Part shown: positions 48,115 to 57,965 of the stretch, in pieces | Position numbering within the stretch: the stretch's first letter is position 1 | Layout of the letters: each line of letters opens with the position of its first letter | DNA from: an uncultured Holophaga sp. | GTDB lineage: Bacteria; Acidobacteriota; Holophagae; Holophagales; Holophagaceae | Assembly: GCA_963664825.1 (NCBI GenBank) | Contig: OY761614.1 | Location: 1,248,001 to 1,312,000 of the forward strand | Reading direction: 5' to 3' | DNA: 64,000 nucleotides | Position numbers and translations under genes: made by a program | Notes under the pieces: generated by a model | Seen by the model: the letters and a program-made list of their open reading frames with translations, nothing else | Told to the model about the DNA's origin: nothing | Database searches by the model: none

Positions 48115-51100
48115 TCAAACGATTCGACCATCTGCCTCATTGCGTGCCGCAGGCAATTCGACGAAAAAGGTCGCGCCGCATCCCAGTTCGCTGTCTACCC
48201 AGATGCGGGCTTCCTGGAGTTCGACCAAGTGTTTAACGATGGAAAGTCCGAGACCTGTGGACTTCTCCCCACCCGTGGGCTTGGCGCTTAGTACAGCATA
48301 ACGTTCGAAAAGCCGCGAGCGGTCCTCCGCACTCAACCCCGGTCCCTGGTCCTCCACGGAGCAAATGACCGTCGATCCTCGAGGCTCAACCCGCAACGTG
48401 ACACAGCTACCCGGCGGAGAAAACTTGATGGCGTTAGAGACTAGGTTATCCAGGATTTCCTGGACCAGCCTTGGGTCGGCATAAACGATGTGGCCAGAGG
48501 GAGGCAGAACCGTCAGCAGCGCAATTCGCTTGGATTCCGCGTGTCCCTGGTGGTGGCATTTCACCCAGTCCACCACTTCGGCCAGGGAGACCTCCTCGGA
48601 TTCAACGTGGACTTTCCCAGTATCGAGCGCCGCGATATCGAGGAAGCGTCCCACCAAGGCGCTCATGCCTAGGCTCTCTTCCCGAATCATCTGGGCTTTC
48701 CTGGAGATCTCTTCAAGGTCTTTCTCTCTTGACATCATCTCGGCCGCCACGACGATGGTTGTGAGCGGATTGCGAAGATCGTGGGCAGCCATTCCGAGAA
48801 AGTGCTTTTGCTGTTCGTTCAGTCCCTCCAGTTCGACGTTCACGCGAACCAGTTCCTGGGCCTTGAGTTCGAGTTGGCGTTCGTGCTCGACAATTTCGCG
48901 CGTAGCGTCTGTCACCTGCTCGTGGAGGGTGCGGTTGTGAACCGCCAGGCGATGGGTGCGATACCGCACCATTCCCCAGATTCCGACACACGCCAGGAGG
49001 AGTTCGACCAACCTTGCGGGCCATGTCATCCACCAGGGTGGCCGCACCCGGAAGGCCAAGGTGGCGCAGGAGCCCCACCCCCCCCCCTCATAGCGGGCCC
49101 TGGCTTCGAACCGGTAATTCCCCGCTCCCAGGCCAGGAATGTTGAGAGTCAGCGCTTCACTGGGCCGCCAGACCGGATCCAGGCCCACAAGGCGCGTCTG
49201 GATTTGCCAGCGCGGATTCGCCAAGCCAGGGCTGGAAAACTGGACATGGAGGTTGTTCTGCGAGGAGGGAACAACGATCTCCTTCGATCCATAGAGATCC
49301 AGCCGCTGTTCCCCCAAGGTGGCCTCGAATATTCGGGTGATAGGCGGAAGAGGCCCCAGGTCCATGGCTTTCTCCCGGTAATGGGCCAGCCCACCCGAGG
49401 TGCCGATCCAGATTTCTCCGCTCGGCTCGGCCAGCATGGCTTTGTTGCTGACGTCACACCAGACCAGGCCATCGCCGGATGTGAAACGGGTGATGTTGCC
49501 ATGATCCCGCACTTCCACCCCCAGGCCTCCTCCGAGCCAGATACGGCCCCGGGCATCCATGCAGGTTGCGTAGATGGGATCGCGTTGGCGGCGCTCGCCG
49601 CCTTCATGCTTTTCCAGGATCTCCATGCCCTCTCGCCCCTGCCGGAAGCGGATCCATCCGTTTGTGCTTCGGGAACTCAGGAACATCTCGCCCTTCGCGA
49701 AACGCCCCAGTGTGAACGGGTTGGGCAAGACGCCGTCACGGGTGGTGTAGCGCCGGCAACCCTGTTCATCGAAGTGAAACAGTGCGGACTGCGTGATGAC
49801 CCAGATGCCGCCTTCTGAATCGGCCTCCAGATCCATGAACTCCTCGCCGAACGGGCTCTCGGGCAAGCTGACGGGCCGGAAAACCCAGGTCGTCCCAGTC
49901 TTCTCTCCGACGAACACCCCTGAGCTCTGCATGCAAATCCAGAGGCTTCCCCGGCGGTCCAGACCCATGGCCAAGCACCTGTCGCCCTGGCGCACGGGAA
50001 GCGGGTGTCGAATCACACTCAGGCTTTTGGGGTCCCACTCGAAGAGCACTGTCGGGATTCCCGAAGCCACCAAATGGCCACTCGGTAGTTCCGCCATGCA
50101 GGAGATCAGCGTACGCTCTGTTCCATGTAGGATTTTCCAGCCCGCCGGTGCAGCCCTGGCGATACCTTGGTGGGTGGCTGCCCACATTGTCCCACTGCGG
50201 TCTCGCCGGATGGACCACACGATGTTCGAAGGCAAGCCACTCTGAGTGTTATAGAAAGTCCAGTTTTCACGACCCAGGAGCTGGTATAGACCGCCTATGC
50301 CTCCGATCCATATTGAGCCTTCCGTGTCCTGGTACAGGGAATAGGCCAACGAGGTGGGCAGACCCTGTTTGAGCGTAATGATGGACCATCGATCCCCATC
50401 AAGGATTTCCACTCGGTCTTTGGAAGGAACCCAAAGGCGGCCCAGGCGGTCCGATAGGAGGCTGGCTCCCCGCCGAGAAAAGCCCTCCTTATTGAATTTC
50501 CTTACAGCAGTAAAAGATGAGCCATTGGAAGGGCGCATCCACAGGTGGCTTGCAGTTCGAGCCCAGAACCTCGACTGCCCATCCAGGGCCAAGGCAACAA
50601 TGCCTTCTTCTCCAAGGCCCTGCTCGCGCTCCCAGCGTTTCCAGCGACACCCGGGAAGCCGCACCACGAGACCGGTTTCCGAGCCCACCCAAAGGGCATC
50701 CCCGGCGACCAGCAGGGCCTGCACGGATCCGAAATGCCAATCCGGCACAGCCGTGAAGCCCGTTTCCCGAGATCCCAAGAAAACGCCCTGGTTGGTGCCA
50801 ACCCAAACCTGCCCCCCGGGAGCCATGGCCAAGGCGTTCACGGCAACCCTCCCGATCTCCCCAGCAGCGCATCGGATCCGGCCTTGATGAAGGTAAGCCA
50901 GGCCCTGATCAGTTCCCAGCCAGAGCGTACCTTCGGACGCGCATGCCAGGGAAAAAACCATGCGCCCCGGCAACCCGTCGTCGAGAGAAAATCGCTGGAA
51001 ATGTTTCCCGTCATAGCGGTACAAGCCATTCGCCGTTCCAACCCATAGGAAACCATCCCGATCCTGGGTCAAGCTCGTGACAACAAGGCTCTCAAGTCCT

Positions 51101-51315
51101 TGCTCAATGCCGAAGAAGCGGAAGGGAATGCGTGCAGGTGGCAAGCCCACACCCAACTGCGCAAATGGAATCGGCTGCGAGTCGGGACCACCTGCCATGG
51201 CCAGGCATGAAAGCAGCAGGAGGGACATGGCACGCCTACACCAACGAAAGGCACCGAACAGTCCAACGCTGGATGCCAGGCGTTTCAGCGATCGTTCTGA
51301 GGGGGATTCCATCAT
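48115..51315 (-). CDS. Sensor histidine kinase with beta-propeller and Y_Y_Y periplasmic domains (start uncertain)
   Basis: Repeated D..G.LWVGT..GL units, AHDLRNPL, NLVSNAIKFS, DQGPG, GLGLSIV. Confidence 0.9.
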   Translation of the reverse strand: MMESPSERSLKRLASSVGLFGAFRWCRRAMSLLLLSCLAMAGGPDSQPIPFAQLGVGLPPARIPFRFFGIEQGLESLVVTSLTQDRDGFLWVGTANGLYRYDGKHFQRFSLDDGLPGRMVFSLACASEGTLWLGTDQGLAYLHQGRIRCAAGEIGRVAVNALAMAPGGQVWVGTNQGVFLGSRETGFTAVPDWHFGSVQALLVAGDALWVGSETGLVVRLPGCRWKRWEREQGLGEEGIVALALDGQSRFWARTASHLWMRPSNGSSFTAVRKFNKEGFSRRGASLLSDRLGRLWVPSKDRVEILDGDRWSIITLKQGLPTSLAYSLYQDTEGSIWIGGIGGLYQLLGRENWTFYNTQSGLPSNIVWSIRRDRSGTMWAATHQGIARAAPAGWKILHGTERTLISCMAELPSGHLVASGIPTVLFEWDPKSLSVIRHPLPVRQGDRCLAMGLDRRGSLWICMQSSGVFVGEKTGTTWVFRPVSLPESPFGEEFMDLEADSEGGIWVITQSALFHFDEQGCRRYTTRDGVLPNPFTLGRFAKGEMFLSSRSTNGWIRFRQGREGMEILEKHEGGERRQRDPIYATCMDARGRIWLGGGLGVEVRDHGNITRFTSGDGLVWCDVSNKAMLAEPSGEIWIGTSGGLAHYREKAMDLGPLPPITRIFEATLGEQRLDLYGSKEIVVPSSQNNLHVQFSSPGLANPRWQIQTRLVGLDPVWRPSEALTLNIPGLGAGNYRFEARARYEGGGWGSCATLAFRVRPPWWMTWPARLVELLLACVGIWGMVRYRTHRLAVHNRTLHEQVTDATREIVEHERQLELKAQELVRVNVELEGLNEQQKHFLGMAAHDLRNPLTTIVVAAEMMSREKDLEEISRKAQMIREESLGMSALVGRFLDIAALDTGKVHVESEEVSLAEVVDWVKCHHQGHAESKRIALLTVLPPSGHIVYADPRLVQEILDNLVSNAIKFSPPGSCVTLRVEPRGSTVICSVEDQGPGLSAEDRSRLFERYAVLSAKPTGGEKSTGLGLSIVKHLVELQEARIWVDSELGCGATFFVELPAARNEADGRIV

Positions 51316-51495
51316 TAGGACAAGAGGATTGCTCTGTACATGGACCTGGTTGGTGAGATGACGTTCGGGCAAACCCTTGGGTTGATCATGCCGTGACGGA
51401 TTGGCCTTTGGCGAGGTTTATAGTGCGTCACGATTAAGGGCGTGGCTTGCCGTCCACACTTCGCAAGTAAGGTGCACCTCCCCCAGCGCGATACC

Positions 51496-51780
51496 TCAGC
51501 GCCGAGGTTCCGGTCTGCGCGGGGCGGCCTTGGGCTTGCCCCAGTAGCTGGTCTCGGCCACGAAGCAGATGTTCTCCAGGTCCGTCACCCGCTCCTGCAT
51601 GCAGTTCTGGGCGTCTGCGATGGCCTGGCCATAGATCGCGGGGCCAATCTCCTTCAGGCAGAAATCCAGGAATTGCCCCGCCCCCAGTTCCCCCAGGTCC
51701 TGGCCATAGGATTCCGAGACGAAGCGCTGGATGCGCTCCTTCAGGCGCTTCTGGGTATCGAGGGGAAGCTTGATTTCCAT
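51496..51780 (-). CDS. DUF2164 family protein
   Basis: DLGELGAGQFLDF..EIGPAIYGQAIADAQ. Confidence 0.75.
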   Translation of the reverse strand: MEIKLPLDTQKRLKERIQRFVSESYGQDLGELGAGQFLDFCLKEIGPAIYGQAIADAQNCMQERVTDLENICFVAETSYWGKPKAAPRRPEPRR

Positions 51781-51799
51781 GGGTCTCCCGGGGCGGGCC

Positions 51800-54700
51800 T
51801 CAGTGCTTGCCCAGCAGCTGATCCAGTTCAGCATAGGCCAAGTCCAGACCCAGCCTGGCGGCGAGGGCATCGGCCTGGGCGCTGCGGGCGGAGGCCTCGG
51901 CCTCGGCCATCTTGGCCGCGGAGATGAGGCCCGTCTTCTGTTCGTTGGCCGCGATACGGGCCTTCTCCACGTTCAGGGCACAGGCCTCCTCGGCCACCTC
52001 CACCATGAGCCCGGCCGTCTCCACCTTCCTTCGGAGCTTGCCCAGATCGATCTCCACGCGGTTGCGGACCCGACGCTGGTTCTCGGAGGCCTGGCTCACC
52101 ACGGCGGCCCGCTGGCTCACGACCCCGGCCTTCTTGCCCCAATCGAAGATGGACCAGCTGAGGGTGAGGCCCACCGAGGTGGAGTTGTTCCGCAGGAAGG
52201 GCACGCCGTGCTGATAGGTCTGGCGGGCGAAGGCACTGACCTCCGGGATGTACTCGTTCTTCCCGGCCCTGAGGGCGCTGCGGCTCTTGTCCAGGGATTC
52301 CTTGACCATGGCCAGCTCGGGATTGCCCTTCAGCGCTTGCTCCAGCAGGACATCCTGGGCAGGCAGGGTGCGGGCCTGGAGTTCCACGGGGGCCAGTTCC
52401 AGGGGCGTATCCAGGGCCTGGCCCAGGAGATCGTTCAGCTCCGAACTGAGGTCGCTGATGGAGGCCTCGGCGGAGAGTTCCTGATGACGGTGCTGGAGGA
52501 GCTGGGCGCGACTGCCGGTCTGGAGCACCTTCAGCGCATTGCCCGCCTTCACAGCCACCCGGGCATCCTGGTCCAGGAGCTGAGCGGCCTGGACGCCGGA
52601 GCGAGCGGCCTCCAGTTTCGCCTGGGCGATGAGCAGGCCCATGTAGACCTGGCGGGTCTTGAAGGCGATATCGGCCTCCATCTTCCGCAGCTCGGCCTGG
52701 GACAAGCGCTCTTCGGCCGAGGCCACCTTGTTGCCCTGGTGGATCTTGAAGAGCTGGGTGAGGGGCTGGCCCAGGGTGATGTTCTGGAGGTAGATGGTAT
52801 TGTCCCCCTGGCCCAGGGACGTCTCCTGGGTCGGAAAGGCGCCCAGGCCCGGGATGGTGCCCAGGGCGCCCTTGGGGATCTTCACCAGCTGGTCGCCCGT
52901 GGTATTGACCCACAGGGCATCGGCCCCCAGCTGGGGCAGGTAATCGGCCCACGCTGTGCGGCGCTTGGCCTGGGCCTCCTCCACCTTGGCCCTCGAGATC
53001 TTCACGCCGGAACTGTTCTGGAGCGCTCCCTGGATGGCCGTCTCCACCGTCAGGTGCTTAACGACGGGCGCTTCGGCGCTCGAAAGGGTCGGCGCCACCA
53101 CCAGGAGGAGCACGAGGAGGGCCGTCGTGGCACCAGTGCCAGCTCCCGTTCCAGCGGCGCGCCTCTCCCGGCGCCTGAAGACGAGCACGTAGAGCACGGG
53201 CACCACCAGGAGCGTGAAGAACATGGAGAAGATGAGGCCCACCGCCAGCACGCTGGCCAGGGGGCTCCAGAGTTTGGAACCCGACAGGATCATGGGCGTC
53301 ACGCCCACGGCGGCGGCCATGGTGGTGAGGAAAATGGGGCGCAGTCGGCGCACGCCCGCTTGCATGGCGGCCTCCGGGAGGGGCAGGCCCTCCCGCAGTT
53401 TTTCCTTCATGAAATCGATGAGGATGATGGCGTTGCGCACCACGATGCCGCAGAGGCTGACCATGCCCATGAAGGCCGTGAAGCCGAAGGAATTGCGGGT
53501 GATGATCAGGCCGAACACGACGCCGAAGAGCGAGAGCGGGATGGAGGCCATGACCACCAGGGGTTCCAGGAGGTTCCGGAACTGGATCATGAGGATGAGG
53601 AAAATGGCCAGGAGGCCGATGGAGAGGGCCATGGCCATCTCGGGGAAGGTCTCGTTCTGGTTATCCATCTCGCCGCCCATGTACAGGTTGTAGCCGGGGG
53701 GCAGGGGAAGGGCCTTCAGCTTGGCGAGGTTGTCCTTCAGCAGGGCGGAGGCATAGACCCCGGGAGCGGGAGAACAGCGCACGGTGAGGGTCGGCACCCC
53801 ATTGCGCCGCACGATGCGGCTGGTCTGCCAGGTGGGTTCCAGGCTGGCGATGGCCCGCAGGGGCACCTTGCCCTCGGCAAGGGTGGAGCCCACATAGGTG
53901 TCCCGCACATCGTCGAAGGAGGTGCGGTGCTCCGGATCCACCCGCAGCAGGATATTCACGGCCCGATCCCCCTCCCAGAAGGTGCTCACCGGTGTGCCAT
54001 CGAAGGCGCCCGAGAGGAGCTTGGAGACCCCGGCGTGGGTCATGCCCAGGCGGCTGGCCAGCTCGGTGTTGAGATTCACGTCCACCATGGCCGAATCGTT
54101 GCGGTAATCCGTATGGACGTAACGCGAGCGGCGATCGGCCCGGAAGATATCCTCGATCTGGCGCCCGAGGACCTTGAGCTGGGCGATATCCTCCCCGGAG
54201 ATGCGCACCTCGATGGGGGCCTCCATGACGGAGCCCTGCTGGAGTTCCTTCACGATCACCATGCCCTCGGGCACGAGATGGGCCAGGCGGGTCTGGAGTT
54301 CACTCACCAGGGGCACGGTGGCCTTCACGTGATGGGTGTTGACAATCATCTGCCCGTAGGCTGGATCGGGCTGCTGGGGATTCACGTTGTAGTAGAAGCG
54401 GGGCGCACTCTGGCCGACGAAGCTGGCGAAGTGAGCCACCTCCTTGTCCTGGGAAAGATTCGTCTCGATGCGATGCAAGACCGCATCGGTGGCCTCGATG
54501 CGCGTGCCCTGGGGCATCCAGAGATCGATGACGAACTGGTTGCGCTCGGCGCTGGGGAAGAACTGGCGAGGCACGAAGCGGAAGAGCAGCCCCCCCATCA
54601 GGATGGCGGCGACTCCCAGGCCCACGGCCAGGGAGGGATGGGCCATGAAGTGGGTGATGGCCTTCATGTAGACATCCTGGAGGGCGTCCAGGACGCTGAA

Positions 54701-56227
54701 CTTCTTCGCCTTTTCCGAAGGTTCCGCGCTGTGGTCGTGGAGCCCCTGCTTGATGAAGGTCCTGCAGAGCAGGGGCGTCAGGAAGATGGCCACCAGGAAG
54801 GAAACCGAGAGGGCCACGGCCACGGTGATGGGAAGGGCGATGATGAATTCACCCACGCTGCCCGAGAGGATCACCAGGGGCAGGAATGAGGCGATGATGG
54901 TGAGGGTGGCGGTGAGCACCGGCACGAGCACTTCGGTGGCGGCCCGCCAGGCGGCCTCCGGGCGCGGGACCTTGTGGTCCAGGAGCTCCACGTAGTTGTC
55001 CGCGATGACGATGGCGTCATCGACCACGATGCCCAATACGAGAATCAGGGCGGCGATGGAGACCTGGTGGAGCTGCACGCCAAAGGCGTTCATCACGCCG
55101 ATGGTAGAGAGCATGGTCACGGGGATGGCCACCGCAGCGATGAGGGCCACCCGCATGGGCAGCAGGATCACCGTCACGAGGACTACGCACAGGATGGCGA
55201 TCAGGAACTCGTGGCCCATGCCGGAGATCCGCTCCTGCACGACCTTGGGCTGGTTGGCGATGAAGTCCATCTTGAGATCCGGCGGCAGCAGGGGCCTCAA
55301 TTGATTCAGCGCCTTGCCGACCCGGTCCCCCAGTTCGACGATGTTATTGCCCTTCTGCATCTCCACGGAGATCATCACGGCGGCCTTGCCGTCGAAGCGC
55401 ACCATGAACTCAGGGTCCTGGTAGCGGCGCTCCACGTTGGCGAAGTCCCCGATATAGATGGGCTGGCCGGTGCGGGACATGCCCACCATGACCCTGCGGA
55501 CCTCGTCTTCGGTATTGAAGGCGCCAGTGGTGTGGAGGGGGATCTTCTCGGCCTCCGTGCGCACGCTGCCGGCCCCCTGGACCACGTTGCGCTGACTGAG
55601 GGCGCCCATGACCTTGAGGGGATCGGTGAAGTACTGACTCATGCGCTCCAGACTGCTGGTGACCCAGATCTGCTCGTTTTGTTGGCCGATGGTGGTGATC
55701 TTGCCGACCTCGGGTACGGTACGCAGGGTGTCCTGGATCCGGTCCACGTAGTCCCGCAATTCCCGATAGCCATAGCGCTCGCCGCTGACGGCCACCAGCA
55801 TGGCCACGGTGTCGCCGAAATCGGAATTGACGATGGGGCCCATGACCTCCCGGGGCAGGGAGGTGGCCTTCACCGTGTTCAGCTCGTGGCGCAGCTTGGC
55901 CCAGAACACATCCGGGTTCTTGACGTTCTTCTCCAGCTCCACGTTGATGATGGCCACCCCAGGTCGGCTGGTGGAGAAGGTCTTGGCCCGACGCACCTCC
56001 TGGAACTTGAAGATGGAGGCCTCGAGGGTCTTGGTGACCTGTTTCTCCACCTGCTCGGAGGTGGCTCCCGGATAGGCGGCCATCACCAGACCCGTGCGGA
56101 TGGTGATGGTGGGGTCCTCGGTGCGGGGCATGAACATGAGGGAACGGATGCCCACCGAAACGAGCATCACCGCCAGGATGGCGGTCAGGGTGGGATAGCG
56201 GAGGCAGGCCTTGATCATCTTCTGCAT
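51800..56227 (-). CDS. RND efflux permease fused to a TolC-like outer membrane factor
   Basis: GIVVDDAIV, RLRPIFLTT, then an OEP-like region (YLPQL, LSWSIFDWG). Confidence 0.9.
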   Translation of the reverse strand: MQKMIKACLRYPTLTAILAVMLVSVGIRSLMFMPRTEDPTITIRTGLVMAAYPGATSEQVEKQVTKTLEASIFKFQEVRRAKTFSTSRPGVAIINVELEKNVKNPDVFWAKLRHELNTVKATSLPREVMGPIVNSDFGDTVAMLVAVSGERYGYRELRDYVDRIQDTLRTVPEVGKITTIGQQNEQIWVTSSLERMSQYFTDPLKVMGALSQRNVVQGAGSVRTEAEKIPLHTTGAFNTEDEVRRVMVGMSRTGQPIYIGDFANVERRYQDPEFMVRFDGKAAVMISVEMQKGNNIVELGDRVGKALNQLRPLLPPDLKMDFIANQPKVVQERISGMGHEFLIAILCVVLVTVILLPMRVALIAAVAIPVTMLSTIGVMNAFGVQLHQVSIAALILVLGIVVDDAIVIADNYVELLDHKVPRPEAAWRAATEVLVPVLTATLTIIASFLPLVILSGSVGEFIIALPITVAVALSVSFLVAIFLTPLLCRTFIKQGLHDHSAEPSEKAKKFSVLDALQDVYMKAITHFMAHPSLAVGLGVAAILMGGLLFRFVPRQFFPSAERNQFVIDLWMPQGTRIEATDAVLHRIETNLSQDKEVAHFASFVGQSAPRFYYNVNPQQPDPAYGQMIVNTHHVKATVPLVSELQTRLAHLVPEGMVIVKELQQGSVMEAPIEVRISGEDIAQLKVLGRQIEDIFRADRRSRYVHTDYRNDSAMVDVNLNTELASRLGMTHAGVSKLLSGAFDGTPVSTFWEGDRAVNILLRVDPEHRTSFDDVRDTYVGSTLAEGKVPLRAIASLEPTWQTSRIVRRNGVPTLTVRCSPAPGVYASALLKDNLAKLKALPLPPGYNLYMGGEMDNQNETFPEMAMALSIGLLAIFLILMIQFRNLLEPLVVMASIPLSLFGVVFGLIITRNSFGFTAFMGMVSLCGIVVRNAIILIDFMKEKLREGLPLPEAAMQAGVRRLRPIFLTTMAAAVGVTPMILSGSKLWSPLASVLAVGLIFSMFFTLLVVPVLYVLVFRRRERRAAGTGAGTGATTALLVLLLVVAPTLSSAEAPVVKHLTVETAIQGALQNSSGVKISRAKVEEAQAKRRTAWADYLPQLGADALWVNTTGDQLVKIPKGALGTIPGLGAFPTQETSLGQGDNTIYLQNITLGQPLTQLFKIHQGNKVASAEERLSQAELRKMEADIAFKTRQVYMGLLIAQAKLEAARSGVQAAQLLDQDARVAVKAGNALKVLQTGSRAQLLQHRHQELSAEASISDLSSELNDLLGQALDTPLELAPVELQARTLPAQDVLLEQALKGNPELAMVKESLDKSRSALRAGKNEYIPEVSAFARQTYQHGVPFLRNNSTSVGLTLSWSIFDWGKKAGVVSQRAAVVSQASENQRRVRNRVEIDLGKLRRKVETAGLMVEVAEEACALNVEKARIAANEQKTGLISAAKMAEAEASARSAQADALAARLGLDLAYAELDQLLGKH

Positions 56228-56230
56228 GGC

Positions 56231-57304
56231 CTACTTCCCGGCTTCGGCGAGCATGCCGTTGCGAAGATTGTGCTGACCGGCCACCACGAGGAATTCGTCG
56301 CCCTTGAGGCCCGAGCGGATCTGGATATCCCGACCCAGCACCACGCCCACCTCCACGCGCTTGGAGAAGACACGCTTCTGGTCGGGGTAGTAATGGAAGA
56401 CCAGGGTGGCGCCCTGGGGATCCCGGACGATGGCTTCCGCGGGCACGACGGTCATATCGAGCCTGTGGGTGCCCGTGATGGAGACCTCGGCCACCATGCC
56501 CACCTTGAGTTCCCGGGCGGGGTTGGGGACGCTGATGCGGGTCATGTAGGTGCGGGTAGCAGGATCGGCGGAGATGTTGACCACCTTCACGGTTCCCTTG
56601 AAGGCCTGGCCCGGCAGGGCGGGGAGCGTGACGGTGGCCGACTGGCCCACCTTCACCAGGCGGATATCGGTCTCGGGCACGCCCACGCTGACCTCGATGG
56701 GGTCGAGGGTGGCGATTTCGAAGACGGGCTGGCCTGGGGCCGCCATGGCCCCCGGCTCGATCAGGCGCTTGGCGATGTAGCCTCCGATGGGCGCCACCAG
56801 GCGGGCATCGGCCAGGTTCTTCCGCGCGACGCCCTCCCCTGCCAAGGCCTGCTGGAGCTGCTGATGGGAAGCATCCCGGGCCGCCCTGAATTTGGCAAAA
56901 TCGTTGGGGGCGAGGCTCTGGGTGTCGAAGAGCTGCTGCATGCGCTGGAATTCCCCCTCGGCCCGGGTGGCGGCGGCCCGGGCGGCTTCCGTCTGGGCAT
57001 GGGCGGCTTCCAGGCCATGAGTGAGGTTCACCGCGTCGAGCAAGGCCAGGACCTGGCCTTTCTTGACCGGCTCACCCTCCCGGGGGAACACCTGAAGGGC
57101 CCGGCCCGGCACCAGGAAGGCCACCATGGAAGAGGCCCCGGGAGAGGAGAGGGTCCCACTCACGGAGACCCTTTCCAGTTCCTGGATCCTGCGGGGTTGG
57201 TTCACGCCGATGGTGACGGCGGGGGCTTCCAGGCTGGGGTTCCCCGAGCGGCCGCAGGCCACCAGCAGGAGCAGGGAGAGGGGGAGGATCGGGCAACGGG
57301 ACAT
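56231..57304 (-). CDS. RND periplasmic adaptor (MFP) lipoprotein
   Basis: Lipobox LVAC, EGEPVKKGQVLA, LVAPIGG, GLKGDE. Confidence 0.92.
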   Translation of the reverse strand: MSRCPILPLSLLLLVACGRSGNPSLEAPAVTIGVNQPRRIQELERVSVSGTLSSPGASSMVAFLVPGRALQVFPREGEPVKKGQVLALLDAVNLTHGLEAAHAQTEAARAAATRAEGEFQRMQQLFDTQSLAPNDFAKFRAARDASHQQLQQALAGEGVARKNLADARLVAPIGGYIAKRLIEPGAMAAPGQPVFEIATLDPIEVSVGVPETDIRLVKVGQSATVTLPALPGQAFKGTVKVVNISADPATRTYMTRISVPNPARELKVGMVAEVSITGTHRLDMTVVPAEAIVRDPQGATLVFHYYPDQKRVFSKRVEVGVVLGRDIQIRSGLKGDEFLVVAGQHNLRNGMLAEAGK

Positions 57305-57369
57305 GGAATTCCTCGCAGGAGGCAATGGAAGGGATGGGTTTCGAGTGGGCAGGAACAACGGGGTCTGGA

Positions 57370-57840
57370 TCAGGGTGTGGCCCCAGGCTGGGATTCCAGC
57401 CCGACCAACAGGACCGGGGGCAGGCCCACCATCTTGTCGGCCATGATCGTGAGCGTCCGGAGGGTGGTATCGAAATCCTCGGGGCTGATATTGCGGGATA
57501 GAAGGGCGACATATTTCTCGACCTTCGCGTAGATGGACTCCCGGCATTGACGGCCCTTGGGAGTCGAGAAGACCCTCTTGGCCCGCTTGTCGTCCACGGA
57601 TTGTTCGCGCTTCACGAAGCCCTTGGCCTCCATGGACTTCATGGCCTTGGCCGTGGCCGATTTGTCGATGGCCAGCAGGGTGGAGAGCTGCTCCTGGTTG
57701 ATCCCCTCGTTGACCAGGATGGAAACGAGGAAGGCCGATTCCAGGGCGCTCAGGCCCAATTCCAGCACGGAGGCGTTCATGTAATCCAGGGATTGGCGGT
57801 AGACCACACCGAGCACCCGACTGATATGTTCAACTTCCAT
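57370..57840 (-). CDS. MarR family transcriptional regulator
   Basis: GINQEQLS..IDKSATAK..KGFVKR..DKRAK. Confidence 0.9.
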   Translation of the reverse strand: MEVEHISRVLGVVYRQSLDYMNASVLELGLSALESAFLVSILVNEGINQEQLSTLLAIDKSATAKAMKSMEAKGFVKREQSVDDKRAKRVFSTPKGRQCRESIYAKVEKYVALLSRNISPEDFDTTLRTLTIMADKMVGLPPVLLVGLESQPGATP

Positions 57841-57854
57841 GGACACCCCGAAGG

Positions 57855-57907
57855 AATGGTTGACCAGAACCACCATTTTGACGATTTGGTGGTGCTTGTC
57901 AACCATT
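57855..57907. promoter_or_regulatory. Putative MarR operator pair
   Basis: TGGTT-N6-AACCA (57857-57872) and TGGTG-N6-AACCA (57890-57905), together forming a larger inverted repeat just upstream of the MarR gene. Confidence 0.6.
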
Positions 57908-57921
57908 TCGTCTGCATACCC

Positions 57922-57946
57922 GAAGGGCCCGCCAGGCGGGCCCTTC
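57922..57946 (-). terminator. Hairpin/terminator after the TlpA gene
   Basis: GAAGGGCCCGCC-A-GGCGGGCCCTTC. Confidence 0.55.
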
Positions 57947-57965
57947 TGAGGGGATCCGATCCCAG

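Noticed and set aside
51361..51420. c-di-GMP riboswitch suggested by GGGCAAACCC
   Set aside because: Lacks the GAAA tetraloop, GACGCAAAG and second stem
51731..57532. Very long plus-strand ORFs (1052 aa and 852 aa)
   Set aside because: Antisense shadows of the RND genes, expected in high-GC DNA
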